Part shown: one piece after another, positions 1 to 9,074 of the stretch
How positions within the stretch are numbered: position 1 is the stretch's first letter
Layout: every line of letters begins with the position of its first letter
Assembly (NCBI GenBank): GCA_965233585.1
Contig: CBDDTI010000745.1
Span: 544,001-608,000 of the forward strand
Reading direction: 5' to 3'
Length of the DNA: 64,000 bases
From: a bacterium
Lineage (GTDB): Bacteria; SAR324; NAC60-12
Position numbers and translations under genes: made by a program
The notes under the pieces: generated by a model
Databases searched by the model: none
What the model saw: the letters and a program-made list of their open reading frames with translations, nothing else
Told to the model about the DNA's origin: nothing

Positions 1-857
1 TGATTTGAGACGTCAACACCGTGAATGGGACGTGTCTCCCATATTGCTGAATTGAAATCTTGCGAATGCTGTTGTTTGCTGAATGCTCCCAATGTCTGGC
101 TAAATGCTTCATCTAAATCTTGCATTCCCCGACTATGAGCAAGAGTCCTGAAGACTTCTAGCACAGGAAAGTCGTCAAGTTCTAAAATAGCATTGTTTTC
201 TATTTTTGTGATGAATAGAGGGTCTCCTATGTGTGTTCCTGAAAGGGTAACCCCCCAATTTAACCTTCTGATTCCTTTTAAAAGTAACCCTGAAAGTCCC
301 CCAAAAAATGCAGTCCCTCCTCCTATTTGAGACGCTTTTTCTAGTGAACCATCATCGCACGAAGACACTCCAAAGATAGCATTTGAAGAACGAAGATAAT
401 TGAGAGAATTGATGATGTTATGAGATTGAATGGCGTAGTGGTCAGGAAACACAAGCATCACTTGACTTTCGTCATATTGTTTTTGAGATTGCTCTATGAT
501 GGAAAGGTCAAACTCTTTGAGCTGTTGCAAGGCAGAGGCAGATTCTCGGTGAGTTTGTCTCGTACTAAATGAAACAGCATCAATTTGATTAGTGAGCAAA
601 ACAACTAGCCCACAAGAAGTAACTTCTTGGCTTCCTGCCAAAACACCTGAAGCACTGCAACCTGAAATGTTGTCATGCTGTAAGGTCTCTTGAAGGTTTT
701 GAAAAATGATTTGATGGTTCACAACGTGATGAGTTGTGAAGAAGACAATGCAGAGGGTTGAGCGACCCTCTAAGGATTGGGAAGCCTGCTGAACTGCTTC
801 CATCACAGCTTCTTTGGGGTTTTGATGTTGTGACAACCCTATTCCTATGCCACTCAA
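1..857 (-). CDS. FIST-domain sensor protein (3' end runs off window start)
   Basis: Manually translated open frame from TTG at 857 (SGIGIGLSQH...ISGCSASGVLAG...VFPD...WGVTLSGTHIGDPLFITKIENNAILELDDFP). Resembles FIST N/C motifs (GCS..G, G....G....IT....N.I.ELD..P). Absent from the ORF track because it has no stop in the window. Confidence 0.7.
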   Translation of the reverse strand, partial: MSGIGIGLSQHQNPKEAVMEAVQQASQSLEGRSTLCIVFFTTHHVVNHQIIFQNLQETLQHDNISGCSASGVLAGSQEVTSCGLVVLLTNQIDAVSFSTRQTHRESASALQQLKEFDLSIIEQSQKQYDESQVMLVFPDHYAIQSHNIINSLNYLRSSNAIFGVSSCDDGSLEKASQIGGGTAFFGGLSGLLLKGIRRLNWGVTLSGTHIGDPLFITKIENNAILELDDFPVLEVFRTLAHSRGMQDLDEAFSQTLGAFSKQQHSQDFNSAIWETRPIHGVDVSN

Positions 858-863
858 AGCTAT

Positions 864-1778
864 CTATCCGTGTTGAATCAGAGTATTAACAATTTCCTCA
901 ATCTTTGCTTGAGCCGTGTCGTGGGGAAGCTGACATGTTCCTGCTCCTTTGTGACCTCCTCCTCCATACTTTGCCATCAATCCTCCCACATCAGTTTGAC
1001 AAGTTCTATTGATAATGCTATGTGCGACTGCAACAACAACGTTTTGTTTTTGCACACCATTTGCAATCCTAACAGACGCATTAACATTAGGATAGAGTGC
1101 ATAAGCCATAAAGCGATTGCCCACTGGAATCTCCTCAATGTCTCTGACGTCGCTAATAAGAACATTTTGATTCTCCCGAGACGTATCTTTGATATGTTGG
1201 ATAAATGCCTCTTGCTGTTCTTGGTAGAGGTCTAAACGTTCTTTGACATCTGCATTGGCTAAAATCTCTTCTACGTTCTTGGTTTGAATAAAGTCTATAA
1301 ACTTGGTCATTAACTCATAATTGCTGATGCGGAAGTGATGGTATTTTCCAAGACCTGTGCGGGAGTCCATGATGTAGGAAAGAAGAATCCAATCTTTAGG
1401 ATTTGTGATTTCTTCCAAGGAAAGTTGGGCAGAATCTACACGATTGACAATGTCAATCAGCTCTCGGTATTTGGGAAAAGTTTGTTCTCCTCCATAGTAG
1501 TCATAGACCACTTGTGCCGCACTCGGTGCAAGTTTTAATTCTCCTTTGACTTTAGGGGACTGTGTTCGTTGGGCTTCGCTACTATGGTGGTCAAACCAAG
1601 CTCCGCAATTAGGATGATAAGGCAGGTTGGTAATGAAGTCCCCTTGCTGAATTTCTAGCTTGCCGTCTTGCACATCTTTAGGGTGAGCAAAGACAACTTC
1701 GCCGATCTTTTCAACTTGTTTGATCAATACAGCGCAGAATAAACCATCAAAATCTGAACGTGTGATAAGTTTTGTCAT
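864..1778 (-). CDS. DHH-family phosphoesterase (nanoRNase/exopolyphosphatase-like)
   Basis: SDFDG, FDHH and C-terminal GGGGH motifs; GGAGG RBS upstream. Confidence 0.85.
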   Translation of the reverse strand: MTKLITRSDFDGLFCAVLIKQVEKIGEVVFAHPKDVQDGKLEIQQGDFITNLPYHPNCGAWFDHHSSEAQRTQSPKVKGELKLAPSAAQVVYDYYGGEQTFPKYRELIDIVNRVDSAQLSLEEITNPKDWILLSYIMDSRTGLGKYHHFRISNYELMTKFIDFIQTKNVEEILANADVKERLDLYQEQQEAFIQHIKDTSRENQNVLISDVRDIEEIPVGNRFMAYALYPNVNASVRIANGVQKQNVVVAVAHSIINRTCQTDVGGLMAKYGGGGHKGAGTCQLPHDTAQAKIEEIVNTLIQHG

Positions 1779-1962
1779 ATAGACCTCCTAATCATTTGAG
1801 TTTGTAACAAATTCCTTTATCATACTAGTAAGAAAAGCCAAATGTAAAGAGAACACGTGAAGTCTGATTATTTTTTACCTTGTTTTGTTAATTTGTGTAA
1901 AAATAGGGAATATCCAAAATTTAACAAATTTTTGATGTTTAAATGAATCAACTAAATTTTAA

Positions 1963-3129
1963 ATGATCAAACATTTCAAAGAAATTCGTCTATTTTTTGT
2001 TTTTTTCATAGTGTTTTTGCTTCAAACTTCAGCTCTGGCAGAACCTTTTGTCCGCACAGGTCAAGGCATCAGGAATATCGGAATGGGGAATGTTGGCATT
2101 GCTTTAAGCCATGATGAAAATGCGTTGTTTTATAATCCTGCTGGTCTGGCAAGGGTTGAAGAAGTTTATGGAAGCCTTAATTTACTTGTCGGTGCGTCAG
2201 AAGATGTTGTTAGGGCTGCTAGCAATGCTTCTGTCAATCAAGACGATGTTGAAAAAGTTGGCGATATTTTTGAGCTAGTATTAGACAAGACCTTTTATAT
2301 TCGCGCAATGGGGTCTTTGAATCTGATGATTCCGATTGCTCACTCTATGACCTTTGGTGCGTCATCTTTTTACGATTCTGAAAATATCATCGCACTGGAA
2401 AATGCGGTATTGCCTCAACTGTCTTTAGGTTTTCGTCTGGATCAAGGTCAGGCGTTCGGTGTGAGTATCCCTATCACCGATGACAACAGTCTGATTCTAG
2501 GCTTGGGCGCTCGTGTCATTAGCAAACGTATGGAGCTTCCTTACAGTACTTTTACCTTATCAAAAATTATTAGTGCTGGAGAGGATGCGGAGTCTCTTTT
2601 TCCTAAAGGTGCGTCCGAGCCAGCCCGTGGAGTTGGTGGCGATTTAGGTATGCAATGGAGGATCCCTGGTGACCTTCAGATAACTTTGGGAGCTGTGGCA
2701 CAAAGCATTGGTGGTATGAAGTTTTTAAGAGCAGAAGACGCCACGACGCCTAAAGACAGAGAAATGGAAATCGGCATCGGTCTGTCAATCCAACCTGAAT
2801 GGGGACCTTTTAGACTTCTTTCTGCTGTTGACATTAAAGATTTGACAAGGCAGGGAACAGATGACAATGATTTTGACAAAAGACTCCACACAGGGCTTGA
2901 GCTGGGTTTCATACCAATAGATTCTACGGCAAGTTTTATTGCGGTCAGGAGTGGTTACAATCAAGGGTATTCTACTTTTGGTTTAGAGATCAATCCGCTC
3001 ATCATTTCAAGGTTTTTAACAATCCAGTATGCTGTTTATGGGGAAGAAATTGGAGATAAATCAGGAGACCTTAAAAACTCAAGGGCTTTGATTCAAATTT
3101 CTTTGAGTTTGGGTGAGGTTCTTTTGTAA
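1963..3129 (+). CDS. Outer-membrane beta-barrel, TraF-like/FadL-like family
   Basis: Signal peptide, GMGNVGIA..DENALFYNPAGLA N-terminal motif, amphipathic beta strands, R.GYNQGY near the C-terminus. Confidence 0.65.
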   Translation: MIKHFKEIRLFFVFFIVFLLQTSALAEPFVRTGQGIRNIGMGNVGIALSHDENALFYNPAGLARVEEVYGSLNLLVGASEDVVRAASNASVNQDDVEKVGDIFELVLDKTFYIRAMGSLNLMIPIAHSMTFGASSFYDSENIIALENAVLPQLSLGFRLDQGQAFGVSIPITDDNSLILGLGARVISKRMELPYSTFTLSKIISAGEDAESLFPKGASEPARGVGGDLGMQWRIPGDLQITLGAVAQSIGGMKFLRAEDATTPKDREMEIGIGLSIQPEWGPFRLLSAVDIKDLTRQGTDDNDFDKRLHTGLELGFIPIDSTASFIAVRSGYNQGYSTFGLEINPLIISRFLTIQYAVYGEEIGDKSGDLKNSRALIQISLSLGEVLL

Positions 3130-4574
3130 GAAGTGAACCATTGAATGATCCATATCAACAGAGCTAAAAAAGTGTAATATGCTGTGTAATCCCAAAAAGT
3201 CCATTTGTGACCAATGGTAATGGCATAAGACATTTCTCCTCCTAAACTTTGTAAAACCCCAGCCCACCTTTCCAAGACCCACTCTGCTAGTGCAAAGGCG
3301 TTCACTTCTAACCAACTGAATGGAAGTGAGTGCAAAAAAATCATGCTGATCACAAATGCAACCACACAGACTGGTAAGACAAAAAACGCAAGTAGAGGTG
3401 TCATTAAAGCATTCAACCATAAAGGAGCAAGAGAGACTGTCTCAAATATTTTCAGCAAAAGGGGAGAAATCATCAATAAGACTCCAACCGATGCAAAAAG
3501 GCTATTGATGCAGTAAATCAAAACACGTCTGCTCAACGAAAAATCTCGCGTGGAAAGATAAAGGTTTCTGAACATCAATAAGCCTGACGTTGCAACAAAT
3601 GAAAGTTGAAAGGAAAGGTCAGCAATCCATTGAGGATTCCACAACAAAAAACATGCGGCAACTGTGGCTAAAGCATGCAAAGGGTTGGCAGAAATTCCTA
3701 TGTATTTAGTGAGCAAGAAAACCCCGATACCTACTGTTGCGCGTAATGCAGGCGCAGGAAACCCTAACAAAAAGACATAAGTCAGTAGAATAAAAAATGA
3801 AAAACCATCTTGCAACCACCTTCTAAATCGTGAAACAAAGAAGTCTGGCAACCATTTGCTTAAACAGACAATAAGATAACGCACTCCAAAAAAGAATAAT
3901 CCTGCATGTAATCCGCTGACGACAAGCAAATGAGAAAGCCCTAAACTTCTAAATAAGTCATAGGTTTGACCATAACTTTTCATTCCTAACACAAGGGGCA
4001 AATAAAGTTGAATGCTACTTTCTGAAAGATAAAATGAGGCTCGGTTAGCAAGTTGCAGACGCAAAGACTCCCAAAAATATTTTAATGGTGTTTGTTCAGG
4101 AATCATCAGACCTGCCCTAATATTTGATAAGACAAGATGCAATTCTCTCTTCTTTAAAGATGTGTCTTCTAAAGTTCCTGAAACTAAAACTTTTTTGCCA
4201 CGATAAAGGCTTCTTTTCCTTGTATCTAAAAGCTGAACAAATATCTTGTCATGCTTGATATTTAAGTGCCTGATTTGGGTATTAGACAAAACCAATAGCC
4301 AGTCTTGTGACCTTTTTTTAACCTCATAAATTGTTCCTTCTATCCAAATTCTCTGATGTTGAGAATCTTTGAATTGAATTGAGATTTGCCTGACATTCCA
4401 GTATTGGCTGATCAGTTTGCCTACAATAAGAATGATGAATAGGAAAACGACAAAATATTTTTTGAAGTAGCCATTCCATAGAGTTAAAAGAAAAATTTCT
4501 AATAACCCAATCTCAAAAGTGTTGAAATCCAACATAAAATTTTTTGAAAAAGAGACATTGACATCTTTTAGCAT
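3093..4574 (-). CDS. comEC: ComEC/Rec2 competence membrane protein (no C-terminal beta-lactamase domain); true start probably downstream of 4574
   Basis: GLSHLLVVSGLH, P.LRA and SFQLSF motifs; many TM segments. Confidence 0.85.
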   Translation of the reverse strand: MLKDVNVSFSKNFMLDFNTFEIGLLEIFLLTLWNGYFKKYFVVFLFIILIVGKLISQYWNVRQISIQFKDSQHQRIWIEGTIYEVKKRSQDWLLVLSNTQIRHLNIKHDKIFVQLLDTRKRSLYRGKKVLVSGTLEDTSLKKRELHLVLSNIRAGLMIPEQTPLKYFWESLRLQLANRASFYLSESSIQLYLPLVLGMKSYGQTYDLFRSLGLSHLLVVSGLHAGLFFFGVRYLIVCLSKWLPDFFVSRFRRWLQDGFSFFILLTYVFLLGFPAPALRATVGIGVFLLTKYIGISANPLHALATVAACFLLWNPQWIADLSFQLSFVATSGLLMFRNLYLSTRDFSLSRRVLIYCINSLFASVGVLLMISPLLLKIFETVSLAPLWLNALMTPLLAFFVLPVCVVAFVISMIFLHSLPFSWLEVNAFALAEWVLERWAGVLQSLGGEMSYAITIGHKWTFWDYTAYYTFLALLIWIIQWFTSYKRTSPKLKEI

Positions 4575-4587
4575 TGAATTGTATCAT
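4558..4587 (+). promoter_or_regulatory. sigma70-like promoter, copy 1 (upstream of mini-lipoprotein)
   Basis: TTGACA(4558)-18 nt-TATCAT(4582). Confidence 0.6.
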
Positions 4588-4667
4588 TACTGACTTTGTT
4601 CGTTCGTTGAGTTTGACGCTAAGTCATGCCTTTTTTGATGTCCTTAAATTGAGATGAAAGGAAAATT

Positions 4668-4841
4668 ATGAGAAAACTTTTAACGTACCTCATGCTTTTC
4701 ACAATGTCAGTTGTGGTGAGTTCTTGTAGTGGAAACCAAGCCACGCCTCCTGATGGCTATTCAGCAGGTCAGGCTAAATCAGCAGAGGAAAAGCCCGCAA
4801 AGAAAAAAAAGAGGAAGAGAGAGAAGCGGGATAAATATTAA
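4668..4841 (+). CDS. 57-aa lipoprotein or truncated pal paralogue
   Basis: MRKLLTYLMLFTMSVVVSSC-SGNQATP is near-identical to the Pal N-terminus (lipobox VSSC), followed by a basic tail and TAA. Below the ORF-track length cutoff. Confidence 0.55.
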   Translation: MRKLLTYLMLFTMSVVVSSCSGNQATPPDGYSAGQAKSAEEKPAKKKKRKREKRDKY

Positions 4842-4980
4842 GACTGGACGAAGGAGAGCTTAGGGAAGAGGCAGAGAAAGCTGTTTTTTGAAATAGCTTT
4901 TCCATGTTAAGAAGAGAAACCTCTGGTAATTTATGTCTCAAAATTATTGAGTTTCAACAATATCTTTTGAAAAAGAGACA

Positions 4981-5010
4981 TTGACATCTGCTAGCGTTGG
5001 ACTGTATCAT
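4981..5010 (+). promoter_or_regulatory. sigma70-like promoter, copy 2 (pal)
   Basis: TTGACA(4981)-18 nt-TATCAT(5005); identical hexamers to copy 1. Confidence 0.65.
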
Positions 5011-5089
5011 TACTGGCTTTGTTCGTTCGTTAAGGTTGACACTGGGTCAGTCCTTTTTTTAAATCCTTAAATAAAACGCAAGGAGATTT

Positions 5090-5881
5090 ATGCTAAGAAA
5101 GTTTTTAACCTACCTTATGCTTTTCACAATGTTAGTTGTGGTAAGTTCCTGTAGTGGAAACCAAGCCACGCCTACTGAAACTGAGAATCCTCCAGTTCCA
5201 AAAGGTGAACCTGAACCTCAACCTGACCCCCCAAATCCAAGTCCATCGGGAGATGAAGGCAGTCAAAGCGATCAAAGTGGTCAAACTGAAGACAATCAAA
5301 ATGACCGAGACGTTCAAGAATCTGGGGAAGATGCAGAAGAAGCGGCAAGAAAAAAAGCTGAGGAAGAAGAAGCCAGAAGACTGGCAGAAGAAGCGGCAAG
5401 AAAGAAAGCTGAGGAAGAAGAAGCCAGAAGACTGGCAGAAGAAGCGGCAAGAAAGAAAGCTGAGGAAGAAGCCAAAAGCCTGGCAGAAGCCAACGCTAAG
5501 GAGACAGTGATTTTGCCTGCCCCTCCTGAAGAAGGTGATAACTTAGCGCCACTGAATTTGGATCAGGTTTACTTTGCCTACGATCAGTCAGAGCTGACAG
5601 ATACAGCCATGTCCTCGCTGGAAGAGAGTTATGAATGGATTCAGGAGAATCCTGATGTCAGGATTCTCATTGCGGGTCACGCGGATGAAAGAGGCAGTGA
5701 AGAATACAATTTAGGTCTTGGGGAAAGAAGGGCAAAAGCTGTGTTGCAATATTGGATTTTGCTAGGTGCTGATGAAGGACAGTTTGAAGTCATTTCTTTT
5801 GGAGAAGAGCGACCCCAAGTTGAAGGTAGCACGGAAGAAGCGTGGTCAAAAAATAGACGCGTTGAGTTTTCCAGATACTAA
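5090..5881 (+). CDS. pal: Peptidoglycan-associated lipoprotein (OmpA C-domain) with long Pro-rich and E/K/R/A-repeat linker
   Basis: Lipobox VSSC; VYFAYDQS, GHADERGSEEYNLGLGERRA, SFGEERP, NRRVEF; adjacent to tolQR. Confidence 0.9.
   Translation: MLRKFLTYLMLFTMLVVVSSCSGNQATPTETENPPVPKGEPEPQPDPPNPSPSGDEGSQSDQSGQTEDNQNDRDVQESGEDAEEAARKKAEEEEARRLAEEAARKKAEEEEARRLAEEAARKKAEEEAKSLAEANAKETVILPAPPEEGDNLAPLNLDQVYFAYDQSELTDTAMSSLEESYEWIQENPDVRILIAGHADERGSEEYNLGLGERRAKAVLQYWILLGADEGQFEVISFGEERPQVEGSTEEAWSKNRRVEFSRY
5333..5490 (+). repeat. Three tandem 51-bp coding repeats (AEEAARKKAEEEEARRL)
   Basis: Units start at 5333, 5384 and 5435; the third is degenerate. Confidence 0.95.
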
Positions 5882-5888
5882 TCCTTTT

Positions 5889-5918
5889 GAAAAGTCCTTG
5901 CTTCTGTAAGGACTTTTC
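5889..5918 (+). terminator. Hairpin after pal (terminator or mRNA stabiliser)
   Basis: GAAAAGTCCTT...AAGGACTTTTC inverted repeat. Confidence 0.65.
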
Positions 5919-5946
5919 CCCTCCCTAAAAAACCTTCTTTGTTTCC

Positions 5947-6672
5947 ATGTTGACAGAGCTTGTGGACATTGAGTTGTTATCGTTCCTTTTGCAAGGGTCT
6001 TGGTATTCTCATCTTGTTCTGGCAACTTTGGTCTTCATGTCTTCATTTTCTTGGGCAGTGATTGTTACTAAATGGTTTCAATTATCTAAGGTTTCTGGAG
6101 AAAACAAAAAGTTTCAAATTGCATTTGAAAGTTCTACAAAATCTGACCAGCTTCAAGATTATGCCAACAGCCTTGTTAATGCCTCTTTTGCCAAGTTATT
6201 CCAGCACTCGTACCATGAATCTTTAAAATTCAGGGAACGTGTCAACAAAAAAAATCTTCCGAACGGAGACCTTTCTGCAATGTTTCAACGTCGCTTGGAG
6301 CGAGTGATGAATCAGACTATTTTGCAACAACATGGTCTGATGGAAAAGAGACTTGGGATTCTTGCTTCCGTTTCAAGTTCTGCTCCATTCATTGGCTTAT
6401 TTGGCACAGTGTTAGGCATTATTGATTCGTTTCAAAGTATAGGCAGGGAAGGATCCACCTCTCTTGCAACAGTTGCACCGGGTATGTCAGAGGCACTGAT
6501 TGCAACAGCAGCAGGGTTGCTTGCGGCGATTCCTTCTTTAATTGCTTACAATTACTTCCGCAATGCTATTCAAAAAATTCAACGACAGACCAATGCTTTT
6601 GCTGCAAATTTGATCAACCGTCTGGAATGGTCTGTCATTTATAGAACCTATTCTCAAGAATCCAATCATTGA
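5947..6672 (+). CDS. tolQ: TolQ/ExbB/MotA proton-channel protein
   Basis: SSAPFIGLFGTVLGII, VAPGMSEALIATAAGL..AIP motifs. Confidence 0.85.
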   Translation: MLTELVDIELLSFLLQGSWYSHLVLATLVFMSSFSWAVIVTKWFQLSKVSGENKKFQIAFESSTKSDQLQDYANSLVNASFAKLFQHSYHESLKFRERVNKKNLPNGDLSAMFQRRLERVMNQTILQQHGLMEKRLGILASVSSSAPFIGLFGTVLGIIDSFQSIGREGSTSLATVAPGMSEALIATAAGLLAAIPSLIAYNYFRNAIQKIQRQTNAFAANLINRLEWSVIYRTYSQESNH

Positions 6673-6675
6673 GCT

Positions 6676-7104
6676 ATGTCCTTCTCTTCACTTTCTGACG
6701 ACTCTTTAAATTCTGAAATTAATGTCACTCCTTTTGTTGATGTTCTACTGGTGTTGCTTGTAATTTTTATGGTGACTGCTCCGATTTTGCATCATACTTT
6801 ACAAATAGAACTGCCAAAAGATCAATATTCTGATGGTGCAAGGTTGGAAAAACCTTTGCGATTGGTGGTAAATCAAAAGGGCGTGATTTATTTGAATCAG
6901 AAAAAACTAGGCACAACATTAGATGCAGAGGCATTGGACGTGTTTCTCAAAACTATTGAAGACTGGAAAAAAGCCAATGCTAAATCTACAGCTACGATTG
7001 ACTTGGAAGCAGATGCAAATGTCAAATATGGCGTGCTAGCTCCTATCATCGCACGTGTCAAGGAAAGTGGGTCGCAACTGAACTTAATTATCATGCCGAA
7101 ATGA
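6676..7104 (+). CDS. tolR: TolR/ExbD
   Basis: SEINVTPFVDVLLVLLVIFMVTAP. Confidence 0.85.
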   Translation: MSFSSLSDDSLNSEINVTPFVDVLLVLLVIFMVTAPILHHTLQIELPKDQYSDGARLEKPLRLVVNQKGVIYLNQKKLGTTLDAEALDVFLKTIEDWKKANAKSTATIDLEADANVKYGVLAPIIARVKESGSQLNLIIMPK

Positions 7105-8141
7105 GTGACTCCCAACTCAATTTCAAAGACCTAACTTTTGATGAATTAGAAGCATGGTGCGTGGCACAAGGGCAGAACCGCTTTAGAGCAAGACAGCTGT
7201 TTCATTGGATCTACCAAAAACAAGTCAAAAGTTTTGATGAGATTGCTAATCTTTCTAAGGCATTCAAAGAAATTCTAAAAAATTCATTTTATTTAAGTCA
7301 ACTCAAGCGAGACCAAGTTCGTTTGTCTCAAGATGGTTCATTGAAGTACCTCTTGCAACTGTCTGATGGAAGGCAGATAGAGTCTGTGTTAATGCCCCAT
7401 AAAAGCCATTATACGGTGTGCGTGTCTTCCCAAGTAGGTTGTGCGATGGGTTGTACTTTTTGTATGACAGGCAAGATGGGATGGGTTCGGCATCTCACAT
7501 TGGCAGAGATTGTGGATCAAGTTTTGGAGGTGTCTAGCGATTTGCCCGAAGGTGGAAATTTACGAAACATTGTCTTTATGGGAATGGGTGAGCCTTTTCA
7601 TAATTATCACAATGTTGTCAAGGCATTGTGTGTCTTGCAAAATGAGCATGGTCTTAATTTTTCATCAAGGCGGATTACAGTGTCAACATCAGGACTTGTG
7701 CCAAAAATCAAACGATTTGTTCAGGAACAAGTGAAAGCAAATCTTGCGATTTCTCTCAATGGTGCAACTGATGAAGTGCGGCAGCAACTGATGCCAATCA
7801 ATCGTGTCTATCATCTCAAAAAACTCATTGACGCTTGCCGTGAATACCCACTTGAATCCCGCAAACGTATCACATTTGAATACATTCTTATCAAGGACGT
7901 CACCGATGCTCTTGATGATGCCAAAAATTTGACCAAACTATTGCACGGGCTGAAGTTCAAGATCAATTTAATTCCTTATAATCCAACCAAAAATGATCAC
8001 TATCAACGTCCTACATTAGAGAGGGTTCAAAAGTTTCAAAGACTTTTATTGGACAAGAATGTGGTGGCAACGGTCAGATATTCAAAGGGGCAAGACATTC
8101 AAGGGGCGTGTGGTCAGCTGATTACCGAATCATTGAGCTAG
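7101..8141 (+). CDS. rlmN: 23S rRNA/tRNA C2-methyltransferase, radical SAM
   Basis: CVSSQVGCAMGCTFC, FMGMGEP, RITFEY, DIQGACGQL. Confidence 0.95.
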   Translation: MSDSQLNFKDLTFDELEAWCVAQGQNRFRARQLFHWIYQKQVKSFDEIANLSKAFKEILKNSFYLSQLKRDQVRLSQDGSLKYLLQLSDGRQIESVLMPHKSHYTVCVSSQVGCAMGCTFCMTGKMGWVRHLTLAEIVDQVLEVSSDLPEGGNLRNIVFMGMGEPFHNYHNVVKALCVLQNEHGLNFSSRRITVSTSGLVPKIKRFVQEQVKANLAISLNGATDEVRQQLMPINRVYHLKKLIDACREYPLESRKRITFEYILIKDVTDALDDAKNLTKLLHGLKFKINLIPYNPTKNDHYQRPTLERVQKFQRLLLDKNVVATVRYSKGQDIQGACGQLITESLS

Positions 8142-8854
8142 TTCTTTTGCCAACCTTGAGGAGCAGAAGTTTGAAAGGCTTCTTCAATCATTTTTTTCAG
8201 CAAAGGTCGTTTAGGGTATCCGCTATTTAAGCAGTCTTTTAATTCCTGTTTTTGCTGGAAAGTTTTGGTCTCACGGATGATTTTGAGTTGGTCGTCTTTC
8301 TGATCGCGACCAAATTTTTGAATACGGAATTTATAATGAATGTGAAACACATCATTTGCCACACTCAATGCACAATGCACGTAATCTAACTTGGCAAAAT
8401 TTTCACTATCGGGTGGCATCATCTTGGTCTCAAAAAAACCTTGATGATATTTTTGTTGCTTGCTCAAAAAGTCAAAATTCTTTTCAAATGTCTGTAAAAA
8501 TGCACTGATGAGAAAGTGAGGAGCAACAGGCAAATCCAGCTTAGAAGTGCGACCATTTTCCAAACTGTACGTCAGGAATAATGTCCCTTTTTTGTCAGAA
8601 ATTGGGGTATTCTGTGCCAACTGAAATGACCATGATGCCGAATTTTTACAAACAAGAGTTTGTTCTCCTAGCACTTCCCATGAGTTTTCATCTTGCATGG
8701 TCTTGATAGGGCTATAAATCAATTTCAAAACCACGGTTTGCTTTTCATCTGAGCCTAGACGAATTTGACCTGTAATTGAATCACCTTGAATCCATGATTC
8801 TTGATCTGTCTCCACCTGAAGTTCTACACCCTTTTCAAATAAGATTCCTTTCAT
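8138..8854 (-). CDS. Hypothetical protein (possibly arrestin/SpoOM-like beta-sandwich N-terminus)
   Basis: 238-aa ORF with ATG start; W.QGD.I.G.I.L pattern; fold is a guess only. Confidence 0.55.
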   Translation of the reverse strand: MKGILFEKGVELQVETDQESWIQGDSITGQIRLGSDEKQTVVLKLIYSPIKTMQDENSWEVLGEQTLVCKNSASWSFQLAQNTPISDKKGTLFLTYSLENGRTSKLDLPVAPHFLISAFLQTFEKNFDFLSKQQKYHQGFFETKMMPPDSENFAKLDYVHCALSVANDVFHIHYKFRIQKFGRDQKDDQLKIIRETKTFQQKQELKDCLNSGYPKRPLLKKMIEEAFQTSAPQGWQKN

Positions 8855-9004
8855 TGTTTTTTAGAAATTAAAATAAAGTTTAAGCATCATCAAATTTTTA
8901 TATTTTTGGTAATAAATAAAGGTCTTTCTTCGTTCAGAGTGAAAACAAAAATCTAATTTTTTTAATTTGTTGTATTTTTCTTACAAAAGATTTAGAATCT
9001 TTAC

Positions 9005-9074
9005 TTTGATTCTCCTTTGTCTTTGGACAACCCTTTGGCGTGTTGAGCTGAGCTTGGCACGCCTTCTTTTTTTT
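9005..9074 (+). ncRNA. Candidate ~70-nt small RNA
   Basis: Upstream TTGTAT(8970)-17-TAGAAT(8993); UCUCCU segment; hairpin 9017-9030; terminator stem 9037-9063 plus U tract, fully paired only on the + strand. Confidence 0.45.

Noticed and set aside
1963..3129. TraF-like gene as evidence of a conjugative element
   Set aside because: No other tra, relaxase or integrase genes; such barrels occur as stand-alone chromosomal genes.
5333..5490. Possible CRISPR array
   Set aside because: Contiguous in-frame repeats with no spacers; no cas genes in the window.
5132..5510. Alternative-frame ORFs over the pal repeats
   Set aside because: Shadows of the 51-bp coding repeat; the Pal frame has the lipobox and OmpA motifs.
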